Positions 17,352 to 24,876 of a stretch of 40,583 nucleotides of DNA are shown one piece after another. Position 1 is the first letter of the stretch; each line of letters starts with the position of its first letter. The notes beneath the pieces are model-generated. The model worked only from the letters and a program-made list of their open reading frames with translations, ran no database searches and was not told the origin of the DNA. The position numbers and the translations under genes were made by a program. The stretch spans positions 1 through 40,583 of IMG/VR virus record IMGVR_UViG_3300012347_000088; one strand, 5' to 3'. The stretch is from a virus. Its lineage: Duplodnaviria; Caudoviricetes.

Positions 17352-17642
17352 AAGTCCCGTCATTGCTGGGATTGATTGTTTTGGTATGGATCTGATCATT
17401 CCATCGTGTAACAAATCGTGGACTATAGGTACGTATACGTGCGCGTATAGTAGTACGTGTACGCGCGTGATATAATAGACACTGACGTGGTGGTGTAGGG
17501 CAGCCCGAAAAAAGCCAAAAATTCTGAAGGAAGTCAATGAAATCAGTACCCCACCTTCGATTTTAAAGTCGTTTTCGTTTTGGCATCCCATCCGCAATAT
17601 CTATATATAACCCAAACCCCCCACATATCTAACATTTTTTAT

Positions 17643-17650
17643 TATATTTG
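17643..17650 (+). promoter_or_regulatory. -7 element TATATTTG
   Basis: TAnnTTTG-N4-ATG. Confidence 0.65.
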
Positions 17651-17654
17651 CCAC

Positions 17655-17858
17655 ATGAGCAGATCAACAAAGAAACCAATAGTCAAAGACAACCCCAAAG
17701 GCCGGCGGGCCTTTTACTGGAGAGCGACCCGTCGTGTAATCAACCAGGCCGTACGCCAACACAAGGAGATGCTTCCACTTGAGAAGGAGATCGTTAATGA
17801 TTATGATTACAGTGACTATAAATTTTTTTCCACTAGGTCTTGCGACACTCGGAAATAA
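17655..17858 (+). CDS. Small basic hypothetical protein (MSRSTKKP...)
   Basis: Start moved to the ATG after the promoter element. Confidence 0.65.
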   Translation: MSRSTKKPIVKDNPKGRRAFYWRATRRVINQAVRQHKEMLPLEKEIVNDYDYSDYKFFSTRSCDTRK

Positions 17859-17862
17859 TATA

Positions 17863-17870
17863 TATATTTG
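17863..17870 (+). promoter_or_regulatory. -7 element TATATTTG
   Basis: TAnnTTTG-N4-ATG. Confidence 0.65.
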
Positions 17871-17874
17871 TCAC

Positions 17875-18096
17875 ATGAAAGAGGAGTACATTAAATTACG
17901 GACCCAGAACGACATGCCTGTGAGTTGGTTTTATCGTTACTTCACAAGTAAGTCAAAGGTGAAGATTCACTTCGATCATTTCCACATGTTCTTTATGAAC
18001 GGAGACATCCACGAGATAATGAACTACCTTGATAAACAATTTGACTTGACCGTAGTCATTGGTAAAAACGGTAACGTAATTAAAGTAGTAGAGTAA
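17875..18096 (+). CDS. Hypothetical protein (MKEEYIKL...)
   Basis: Start moved to the ATG after the promoter element. Confidence 0.65.
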   Translation: MKEEYIKLRTQNDMPVSWFYRYFTSKSKVKIHFDHFHMFFMNGDIHEIMNYLDKQFDLTVVIGKNGNVIKVVE

Positions 18097-18098
18097 AT

Positions 18099-18182
18099 GA
18101 CCGAGCGACGTAAATGGCGCTTCCTGCCTTAGTGAGGTGATTACATTGATGGGGTATGCAGGTTCGAATCCTGTCTCGGTCT
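18099..18182 (+). tRNA. tRNA-like RNA without a canonical anticodon arm
   Basis: Acceptor GACCGAG/CTCGGTC, T arm GCAGG-TTCGAAT-CCTGT; weak D arm. Confidence 0.6.
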
Positions 18183-18289
18183 CGATAAGCGGAACCTGGT
18201 TTAAGTAGGTTAAACACATCCGGGCTAAAACAAAACCTACAGGCTGATCACCTGAAAAGTGCGACTAAGGACTACGCTGCCTTAGTGGA

Positions 18290-18369
18290 GATTGAGTGGC
18301 TGAGTGGCAGAGGCAGCCAGTATTGAAAAATATACTGGTGATACGTGAGTTCGAATCTCACCTCAATCA
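18290..18369 (+). tRNA. tRNA-like RNA with an 8-bp anticodon stem (GAA in loop, Phe-like but non-canonical)
   Basis: Acceptor GATTGAG/CTCAATC, D arm GCTGAGTGGCAGAGGC, stem GCCAGTAT/ATACTGGT with loop TGAAAAAT, T arm GTGAG-TTCGAAT-CTCAC. Confidence 0.7.
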
Positions 18370-18421
18370 CAAACAGTACCTATAGCGCTTACCGTTAGAT
18401 TAGCCTTTAGGTCTTTTTTAA

Positions 18422-18464
18422 GGCATCGGTTTAGGCCTGGGCATTCCCGGGCGCCGATGTTTTT
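18422..18464 (+). terminator. Intrinsic terminator after the RNA cluster
   Basis: GGCATCGGT...GCCTGGG-CATT-CCCGGGC-GCCGATGTT followed by a T run. Confidence 0.7.
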
Positions 18465-18469
18465 ACATA

Positions 18470-18604
18470 TAATAATGCCATATACCACACTTTTATATGC
18501 CATAACGTATAATATGTTAGTTAATACCAACAAAAATGCCGTATAGTGTATAATATGTTGGTTAATACCGGCAATGTATTATATTCTAGACATTTCTAGA
18601 CATT
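18470..18604. repeat. Array of short direct and imperfect inverted repeats
   Basis: GTATAATATGTT(A/G)GTTAATACC at 18507 and 18548; TTCTAGACAT twice at 18584-18603. Confidence 0.75.
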
Positions 18605-18634
18605 TTGTGTGTAATAACAATCAAATATTTTTAT

Positions 18635-18642
18635 TATCTTTG
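18635..18642 (+). promoter_or_regulatory. -7 element TATCTTTG
   Basis: TAnnTTTG-N4-ATG. Confidence 0.65.
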
Positions 18643-18646
18643 TACC

Positions 18647-18787
18647 ATGACAGAAATAGAACTTCAATTACGACACAATATCGGCCCAGCAATTGGATGG
18701 GGATACTACGCAAAGGACGAAGAGTTTGATTACGCTGAACTAATAATATATCTAACATTTATAAGCTTACATATACGATGGGAATAA
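18647..18787 (+). CDS. Small hypothetical protein (MTEIELQL...)
   Basis: Start moved to the ATG after the promoter element. Confidence 0.6.
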   Translation: MTEIELQLRHNIGPAIGWGYYAKDEEFDYAELIIYLTFISLHIRWE

Positions 18788-18948
18788 ACAAGAAAATGCC
18801 GAATCAAGAGATTGGTTTATACAGAATGGCTAAGGCCAAAAAGGCAATGGAAGAATCAAAAGACATGATGGAGGACGCAATGGAAACTGCAATGGCTATG
18901 AAACTAGCTAAGACAATCAAGCCAATGTCATTCATGAAAAAGAAATAA
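18778..18948 (+). CDS. Met/Lys-rich small protein (56 aa)
   Basis: Translated by hand: MGINKKMPNQ...PMSFMKKK, 11 Met. Confidence 0.6.
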   Translation: MGINKKMPNQEIGLYRMAKAKKAMEESKDMMEDAMETAMAMKLAKTIKPMSFMKKK

Positions 18949-18985
18949 AGAGTCCATTCTTTGCATAAACTATTTTAGTTTACTT

Positions 18986-19012
18986 AAGCACCTTCACTGG
19001 TGCTTTTGTTTT
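18986..19012 (+). terminator. Intrinsic terminator
   Basis: AAGCACC-TTCACT-GGTGCTT plus T-rich tail. Confidence 0.65.
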
Positions 19013-19026
19013 TAATAAATAATATG

Positions 19027-19034
19027 TATATTTG
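19027..19034 (+). promoter_or_regulatory. -7 element TATATTTG for the groEL operon
   Basis: Consensus match upstream of 19058. Confidence 0.6.
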
Positions 19035-19057
19035 TCGAGAATTAAATCTAATATACT

Positions 19058-19294
19058 ATGGAAACAAGAGAATTAACATTCGGAGAAAAGTTAGTTGGAC
19101 TAACATTTAACCCATCAGGAGACGCTAATGTACACAGAGCTAAAGAACTTTGCGCAGAACTAGCAGACCTATTAAATCAAAACGCGGATCCAAACTCAGA
19201 AAGACCGTTATGCAGACTATTATTTGATAAAGCCATCGGTGATATACTAGACGCGCAGATGAATGTAGTCAAAGTCTTAACATTTCAATACTAA
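19058..19294 (+). CDS. Helical-hairpin protein, Acb2/Tad1-like candidate
   Basis: GEKLVGLTFNPSG...K...AELADLL...AIGDILDAQMNVVK; family recalled, not searched. Confidence 0.5.
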   Translation: METRELTFGEKLVGLTFNPSGDANVHRAKELCAELADLLNQNADPNSERPLCRLLFDKAIGDILDAQMNVVKVLTFQY

Positions 19295-19300
19295 TCTAAT

Positions 19301-20905
19301 ATGACAAACTTCGGATACAGTCCAAAAGTTCTAGACTTTGAACAGGAAGGACGAGAAAAACTAATCAATGGCATCACCACAATTGCCAAAGCGGTAAAGA
19401 GTACGCTAGGACCACGCGGAAAGACCGTACTAATCGAGTCGATCAACCATACACATGGAATCACCGTAACTAAAGATGGTGTAACAGTCGCTAAATCAAT
19501 CGACCTACTAGACCCGGTAGAGAACTTAGCAGTAAAAATGATGAAGGAAGCGGCCGACCGCACCGCGACAAGCGCAGGTGACGGTACAACAACCGCTATT
19601 GTGTTAACAGAAGCGCTAGTAAAGCACGGCCAGGACCTAATCACTGAGAACCTGAACACAACAGAAGTGATCAGACAGATCAACGACACCACAAAAAGCT
19701 TGATCACTAGGCTAGAGAAGCGATCTAAGAAGGTAACAGGTAAGACACTTAACAACGTAGCGTCAATTTCAGCCAATAACGACTCTGAGATTGGAAACTT
19801 AATCTCTGAAGCGTACGATAAGGTGGGTAAGTCAGGGATCGTTACCGTTGAGAACTCACAGACGGCCGAAACATACTGCGAGTACACAAACGGAATCAAG
19901 ATAAACAGAGGATACACATCGCAACTATTCGTAAACGACCATAGAAAGGACGAGTGTATACTAGAGGACGTACATATTCTAGTTACGGATCAAGAGATTA
20001 ACAACATCCTATCGATCGAGAACGTACTAAGAGACGTGATCCAGACCGGTAAAAAACTATTGATCATCGGGCCTTGTAGTCAAAATGTGATTAATACGCT
20101 GGCAATCAACGTGGTACAGAAGGGACTTAAGTTCTGTAATATCACACCGCCAGAGTTTGGCTACAAGCGCAATGAACTAATGAATGATATTGCCTTGGCA
20201 GTTGGAGCTAAGTACTTCTCAGAACAAACCGGAGACGACTTGAGTTTAATGACGATCGAGTCACTTGGTAGAGCCAAGAGGGTTATTGTTGGTAGAGAAT
20301 CAGCATCGATTATAAAGTCAGAGGCAACTACTGATGCAGTAGAGGAAAGAGTGACACAGTTATGGCAGGCACACGCGCTTAGTTCTAAAAAGAACGATCA
20401 AGACTTTATCAAGGAGCGTATCGCTAGCTTGACAGGAGGTATCGCTGTTATACATGTTGGAGGAAACTCAGACCTAGAGCAGAAGGAACGCAAGGATAGA
20501 GTTGATGATGCGGTATGCGCAGTAAGATCAGCACTAGAGGAAGGGATACTTCCAGGCGGTGGAGTGGCGTTATTTAATGAGTCGTACGCGATCATTGCAG
20601 ACGCAGACGACATGATCGAGGATATCAGCGCTGAGAAGTATGCAGCAATGCACATCGTAGCTAGAGCCATTCAGGCGCCGCTACTACAGATATTCGAAAA
20701 TGCTGGACTAGACGGATACGAGCTAATGGATGGATGTCAGGGATACACTGTTGGATTCGATATCAAGAACATGACAACAGGCGACATGTATAAGATGGGA
20801 GTAATCGACCCGTTAAAGGTAACAAAGAACGCACTTAAGAACGCTATATCAGTAGCAACAACAGTGCTTAGTACTAACGCAATTATAACAATGGCAAGAG
20901 CATAA
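19301..20905 (+). CDS. groEL: Chaperonin GroEL (Cpn60)
   Basis: TLGPRG, VTKDGVTVA, AGDGTTT, ERIASL.GG, EEGILPGGG, GVIDPLKV. Confidence 0.97.
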   Translation: MTNFGYSPKVLDFEQEGREKLINGITTIAKAVKSTLGPRGKTVLIESINHTHGITVTKDGVTVAKSIDLLDPVENLAVKMMKEAADRTATSAGDGTTTAIVLTEALVKHGQDLITENLNTTEVIRQINDTTKSLITRLEKRSKKVTGKTLNNVASISANNDSEIGNLISEAYDKVGKSGIVTVENSQTAETYCEYTNGIKINRGYTSQLFVNDHRKDECILEDVHILVTDQEINNILSIENVLRDVIQTGKKLLIIGPCSQNVINTLAINVVQKGLKFCNITPPEFGYKRNELMNDIALAVGAKYFSEQTGDDLSLMTIESLGRAKRVIVGRESASIIKSEATTDAVEERVTQLWQAHALSSKKNDQDFIKERIASLTGGIAVIHVGGNSDLEQKERKDRVDDAVCAVRSALEEGILPGGGVALFNESYAIIADADDMIEDISAEKYAAMHIVARAIQAPLLQIFENAGLDGYELMDGCQGYTVGFDIKNMTTGDMYKMGVIDPLKVTKNALKNAISVATTVLSTNAIITMARA

Positions 20906-21258
20906 TGGAACAAGGTAGATTTACATCATCAGGAACACTTACGTTTTCAGATACAGATAGCAGTAGTTATTCAGGATTAACATATAATCCATCATCACAT
21001 ATCGGAATGGGCGACCCTAACCCATCATTTAAATTCACACTAAACACACCAAACAAAATGAGATACACAAGAGCAGCGCTATTCAACGTAGTGAGAGATG
21101 AAAAAACAAATCAAATTATAGACGCCAATCTAGTAAAAGAATTCTGGGTTAAGGTAAAATCAGGAGTAACCTTTGATGTAGCAGCAGCACACGCCAACGG
21201 ATTTGCTCCGGATCCTGACAAGGAAGTAATTAGAGAACTAGAATCAATACATTTTTAA
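20905..21258 (+). CDS. Hypothetical protein between groEL and groES
   Basis: 117 aa, TAATG coupling. Confidence 0.65.
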   Translation: MEQGRFTSSGTLTFSDTDSSSYSGLTYNPSSHIGMGDPNPSFKFTLNTPNKMRYTRAALFNVVRDEKTNQIIDANLVKEFWVKVKSGVTFDVAAAHANGFAPDPDKEVIRELESIHF

Positions 21259-21259
21259 C

Positions 21260-21517
21260 ATGCAACCAATAAATAAATACATTCTAATAAACTCAATCGA
21301 CGAGCAGATCCAGACAGAGTCCGGACTGCTTTTGTCGGGAAGTGACAACGAAAAGTTTCGCTACAAAAAAGGCCAGGTCGTACGACCTGGCACCAATGTA
21401 GATTGTGTAAAAGAAGGAGACTTTATCTATTACGATAAAGGAGCTGGATACACCATGATTATCAACGACAATCCCTACACAATTATTCTTGAGAGGGACG
21501 TTGTTGTTGTTCTTTAA
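21260..21517 (+). CDS. groES: Co-chaperonin GroES (Cpn10)
   Basis: MQPINKYILI, TESGLLL mobile loop, GQVV.PG, VKEGD, ILERDVVVV. Confidence 0.9.
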   Translation: MQPINKYILINSIDEQIQTESGLLLSGSDNEKFRYKKGQVVRPGTNVDCVKEGDFIYYDKGAGYTMIINDNPYTIILERDVVVVL

Positions 21518-22082
21518 GTTGTTTTTTATATTCTAGGTAGGGAGTTATTTCCTTCCTGCGCTTAATAACATGAGGCTGCTGCTGATACGCTTGTTCTTCA
21601 AGCTCGGCCAGCCTCTTTTTTTCTTTCCTTGTACGATTCATCTTACGAATTATCTTCTTATCACGGTTCATTGCGTACCCATCGTTTCTTTTCTGAAACA
21701 TCGGGTTGGCACTTGGACTCTCAGATATAGTTTGTTCGCCTTCAAGCTTCTTGTAGATTGCTTTTATTAGGTTTCTACCCTTTAATGACACCTCATAAAG
21801 CGACGCCTCACCATTCATTCGCTCCCTCCACTTACTAATCCATCCGTCTCGGTATAATCTAGCCCATCTCACGTTGTCCCATGACATCATTTTATTGAAC
21901 TCAACAAACTTTGACTTGTTAAAAAGCCTCTCGCTGTGAAGGAACAGTAGCATTTCTAGGTCTGAGTAGCTAAGACCGTGTTTTTCTCTTGCCCATATAC
22001 GAACTATGCGCCAGTATTTCAAGTAATCTGACTTTGGTTCTACCCTTGTATAGGTTTTCTTAATAACCTTCTTGAATTCCAT
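21483..22082 (-). CDS. Putative winged-helix DNA-binding protein
   Basis: LSYSDLEMLLFL...RLYRDGWI...LYEVSLKGRNLI resembles a MarR-like wHTH; own promoter. Confidence 0.6.
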   Translation of the reverse strand: MEFKKVIKKTYTRVEPKSDYLKYWRIVRIWAREKHGLSYSDLEMLLFLHSERLFNKSKFVEFNKMMSWDNVRWARLYRDGWISKWRERMNGEASLYEVSLKGRNLIKAIYKKLEGEQTISESPSANPMFQKRNDGYAMNRDKKIIRKMNRTRKEKKRLAELEEQAYQQQPHVIKRRKEITPYLEYKKQLKEQQQRPSQE

Positions 22083-22097
22083 TTGAATTTAATTTAA

Positions 22098-22113
22098 TAT
22101 CTTTGCAAAGATA
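22098..22113. promoter_or_regulatory. Palindromic bidirectional -7 element TATCTTTGCAAAGATA
   Basis: Perfect 16-bp palindrome with TAnnTTTG on both strands between divergent genes. Confidence 0.7.
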
Positions 22114-22130
22114 ATTAAAAATAAAAAGCG

Positions 22131-22268
22131 ATGCCATTAAAAGCTGGAAAGAGCGCTAAAACTATAAGCTCAAACATAAGAACAGAGATGAAAAGTGGTA
22201 AATCACAGGCTCAGAGTATTGCAATAGCATTGAGTAAGGCTGGAAAAAGCAAGAAAAACAAGCGATAG
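22131..22268 (+). CDS. Small basic phage protein ([20 protein letters not shown]...AIALSKA)
   Basis: Translated by hand, 45 aa. Confidence 0.75.
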   Translation: MPLKAGKSAKTISSNIRTEMKSGKSQAQSIAIALSKAGKSKKNKR

Positions 22269-22308
22269 TTTTTAAAAAAAATAATTATATTTGCATAAAA
22301 ATATAGTT

Positions 22309-22818
22309 ATGAGAAAGAAACAAGGTGAGGTTATAAAGTGCAAATGTTGCGATAAAGATTTTTACGTTCCTAAATATAGAGTAAGTACAGCGAGTTTTTG
22401 TTCGTTAGATTGTCAAAATCACAGACAATATAAAAAATCAAAACACAAATGTAATCAATGCGAAAAAGAATTTATAGATAGCCCTAGTAGAATAAATAAA
22501 AGAAAATTTTGCTCTCAAGAATGTTATTCTGAAAGTCAAAGAATATATAAAACAACTGAAGAAAAAAGAAAAGCCGTTAAAAAATTAGTTGACAATAAGA
22601 GAGGTATAAATTGGAGTACAAACAATAGAAAGTATGTTTTTGCATTAAAAGAAAAAAAATGTGAAATATGCGAATATAATGAATATGATTTTTGTTTAGA
22701 CATACATCATATAGATTTTAATCCGAATAACAATGATATTACGAATTTAGCTGTATTGTGTGTAATATGTCATAAAAAATTGCATAAAGGAATAATAAAT
22801 TATATAAAAAATATCTAA
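22309..22818 (+). CDS. Zinc-finger HNH endonuclease
   Basis: CxxC...FCS..C repeats; CEIC...DIHHID...NN...NLAVLCVICH; TATATTTG at 22286. Confidence 0.85.
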   Translation: MRKKQGEVIKCKCCDKDFYVPKYRVSTASFCSLDCQNHRQYKKSKHKCNQCEKEFIDSPSRINKRKFCSQECYSESQRIYKTTEEKRKAVKKLVDNKRGINWSTNNRKYVFALKEKKCEICEYNEYDFCLDIHHIDFNPNNNDITNLAVLCVICHKKLHKGIINYIKNI

Positions 22819-22834
22819 AAAAAAAGAAATAATT

Positions 22835-22951
22835 ATGAAAAAAATGATGATGGCTGCAAAGCCAAAAAACGGTAAAATGGCTGCTAAACCAATGATGTCA
22901 AAAGCAGGAGCTAAGAAAGGTATGTCTTCTTGCGGTACTAAAAAGAAATAA
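22835..22951 (+). CDS. Lys/Met-rich micro-protein (38 aa)
   Basis: MKKMMMAAKPKNGKMAAKPMMSKAGAKKGMSSCGTKKK. Confidence 0.6.
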   Translation: MKKMMMAAKPKNGKMAAKPMMSKAGAKKGMSSCGTKKK

Positions 22952-22953
22952 TC

Positions 22954-23457
22954 ATGCCGGATCCAGTTAAAAAATCAACAAGCTACGATTCCTCTACAGG
23001 AGAAACTACCTTTAAGGCTTCATGGTCAGGAAATAGATCTAGTATATCTAGAGGACCTATTACACCTAAGACTACTCAAAGAACGGTTGCGGCTAGACAA
23101 GCTAATAAATCATTAGTGTCTAGAACACCTACAGCTGGAGAGAGAGTTGCTGTTGCATTTAAATCACCTACAGCAGCTGGAGTTGTCAGAGAAACACCTG
23201 AAGTAAAGTCTTCAACAAAGGTAGAGGTGGCAAAAAAACCACTTAGCAGAAAAGAGATTTTTGAAATCAAGGATTCAGCAGAAAAAGAAAGACTTGCTAA
23301 AAAGTATCCAGGTATGTCGCAAGCTGACGCTAGAATAAAGCAACAGAAGGAAGCTGAAAAGTATACCAAGGATCAAGCTAAAAAGTCCGGATATCAAAAG
23401 AATACTGGAGGAGGTAATTCTGAAAAACAAAAAAGTACATCTTGCAGAACATGTTAA
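22954..23457 (+). CDS. Basic, probably disordered protein
   Basis: 167 aa K/S/T-rich, ends CRTC. Confidence 0.65.
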   Translation: MPDPVKKSTSYDSSTGETTFKASWSGNRSSISRGPITPKTTQRTVAARQANKSLVSRTPTAGERVAVAFKSPTAAGVVRETPEVKSSTKVEVAKKPLSRKEIFEIKDSAEKERLAKKYPGMSQADARIKQQKEAEKYTKDQAKKSGYQKNTGGGNSEKQKSTSCRTC

Positions 23458-23474
23458 AAAGAAAAGACGGTTCA

Positions 23475-23615
23475 ATGTCTAAAAGGGGACTTTGGGACAA
23501 TATAAGAAGTAAGGCTGCTGAAAATAAAAGAACAGGAGAAAAACCTAAAGCTCCAACTAAAGAGATGTTGAAGCAGGAAAAGAAAATAAAAAATAATGCT
23601 AGGAAAAACCGCTAA
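23475..23615 (+). CDS. Small basic protein (MSKRGLWDNIR...)
   Basis: Translated by hand, 46 aa. Confidence 0.55.
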   Translation: MSKRGLWDNIRSKAAENKRTGEKPKAPTKEMLKQEKKIKNNARKNR

Positions 23616-23877
23616 ATATTACAAAGAGAATCCGGAGGCTAGAAAGAAGCGTAACGAGTACCAAAAGCAATACAACAAAAGCGATAAGCAGGTTGCAAAA
23701 AGGGTAGAACTTAATCGCGAGAATAGAAGAAGAGGAACTTATGGTAATGGAGACGGTATGGATTTATCACACACTAAGAGGGGTTTTGTTATGAAGAGAG
23801 CTTCTGAGAATAGAGGAGACACTAATGACATGTCTGGAGATAAAAAATCAAGAGGAAAGAATGAGCGTAAAAAGTAA
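23596..23877 (+). CDS. Basic protein with a degenerate HNH-like segment
   Basis: GNGDGMDLSH...SENRG. Confidence 0.6.
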   Translation: MLGKTAKYYKENPEARKKRNEYQKQYNKSDKQVAKRVELNRENRRRGTYGNGDGMDLSHTKRGFVMKRASENRGDTNDMSGDKKSRGKNERKK

Positions 23878-24145
23878 AATGAGATGTGGAGAGGTTAAGC
23901 CGTCCACTAGACCTGGTAAGAAAATAATGAAGTTTTACTGCATGGACGGTAAGGAAAAGTTAGTTCATGCCGGAGCTAAGGGATACGGAAATAACTACTC
24001 AGACACGGCAAGAAAATCATTTAAAGCTCGTCACAAGTGTTCTACCGCTGATCCAGGAACAGCTAGACACCTAGCATGTACTGAGTTATGGAAGGCTGGA
24101 GGCAGAAAGACATCTAATCCAAGCAATCGTAAAGGTAAATACTAA
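23861..24145 (+). CDS. Basic conserved phage protein
   Basis: KLVHAG...RKSFKARHKC...ARHLACTELW; start set to MSVKS. Confidence 0.7.
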   Translation: MSVKSKMRCGEVKPSTRPGKKIMKFYCMDGKEKLVHAGAKGYGNNYSDTARKSFKARHKCSTADPGTARHLACTELWKAGGRKTSNPSNRKGKY

Positions 24146-24255
24146 TGAAAAAGATAATACAGAAGGGAGCAAAGTACGAATCGAAGAAATCTCTTAATGG
24201 CGCCATGAAGTACCTTAAGGGTAATGTTGGTAAGGTAAAAACAACAAAGAAGTAG
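24145..24255 (+). CDS. Small basic protein (36 aa)
   Basis: Translated by hand; TAATG coupling. Confidence 0.5.
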   Translation: MKKIIQKGAKYESKKSLNGAMKYLKGNVGKVKTTKK

Positions 24256-24256
24256 T

Positions 24257-24442
24257 ATGTTACTAGGAAACGCAATAGAATTAGTTACAGAAACAACCGG
24301 AATCAAGAAGGTTGTTGAAACTATATCAAAGAAAACAGGCAAGGATTGTGGATGTGCCTCTAGAAAGGATAAACTAAATAATCCTAATTTACTAATAAAC
24401 AAAATATTAAACAAAAATGGCGTATCAAAAATTACAAACTGA
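24257..24442 (+). CDS. Small protein with DCGC motif
   Basis: TGIKKVV...DCGC..RKDKLN. Confidence 0.65.
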   Translation: MLLGNAIELVTETTGIKKVVETISKKTGKDCGCASRKDKLNNPNLLINKILNKNGVSKITN

Positions 24443-24677
24443 AAGAGCATTACTAGTAACGCCTTCAGATGACTCTAACATACCTTCAGTTAACGGAGCT
24501 GCGGTTCCAGGAGCTTGTGTTTTATACACGGGATCAGGCGGTGTTATTAGAGTACTTACAGCGGGAGGAGATGACGTAACTTTAGAATCTGTTCCGGCAG
24601 GAGTAGTATTACCTATTCAAGTTGTTAGAGTATTTGCTGAGGGAACTACAGCTGAAAACATTGTAGCACTTTGGTAG
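24417..24677 (+). CDS. Head-spike base-like protein (RcGTA Rcc01079-like)
   Basis: VTPSD...LYTGSGG.I.V...DVT...VPAG..LPIQV.RV...GTTA..IVALW. Confidence 0.7.
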   Translation: MAYQKLQTERALLVTPSDDSNIPSVNGAAVPGACVLYTGSGGVIRVLTAGGDDVTLESVPAGVVLPIQVVRVFAEGTTAENIVALW

Positions 24678-24678
24678 T

Positions 24679-24876
24679 ATGAGTACAAGACAAAAAATAG
24701 ACCTGTTCCTTAGCAGATGGGTTAGTAGAAAGCTAATGGTATTTGCTATTGCATCTACAGCCTTGTTTTCTGGAAGTATTGATAGTAGTGACTGGGTAAT
24801 AGTTGCTACATCCTACATATCATTACAAGGAGTTACAGACATTGTTGAACGAATATATAAATCAAAAAATGTCTAA
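24679..24876 (+). CDS. Holin-like membrane protein
   Basis: SRKL followed by two short hydrophobic segments; upstream of the endolysin. Confidence 0.55.
   Translation: MSTRQKIDLFLSRWVSRKLMVFAIASTALFSGSIDSSDWVIVATSYISLQGVTDIVERIYKSKNV

Noticed and set aside
17153-17597. Two minus-strand ORFs in the repeat region
   Set aside because: They run through iterons, A-tracts and alternating tracts and have implausible composition
18183-18289. Theta/HDV-like, twister or pistol ribozyme after the tRNA-like element
   Set aside because: The conserved cores could not be fitted by eye
18290-18369. Standard tRNA-Phe(GAA) call
   Set aside because: Stem is 8 bp and loop geometry is non-canonical; kept as tRNA-like
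18470-18604. Mini-CRISPR array
   Set aside because: Only two 22-bp copies, related intervening sequences, no cas genes
19291-19917. 208-aa antisense ORF (similarly 20398, 23076, 28269, 28704, 37704, 40347)
   Set aside because: Opposite well-supported genes, with no independent signals
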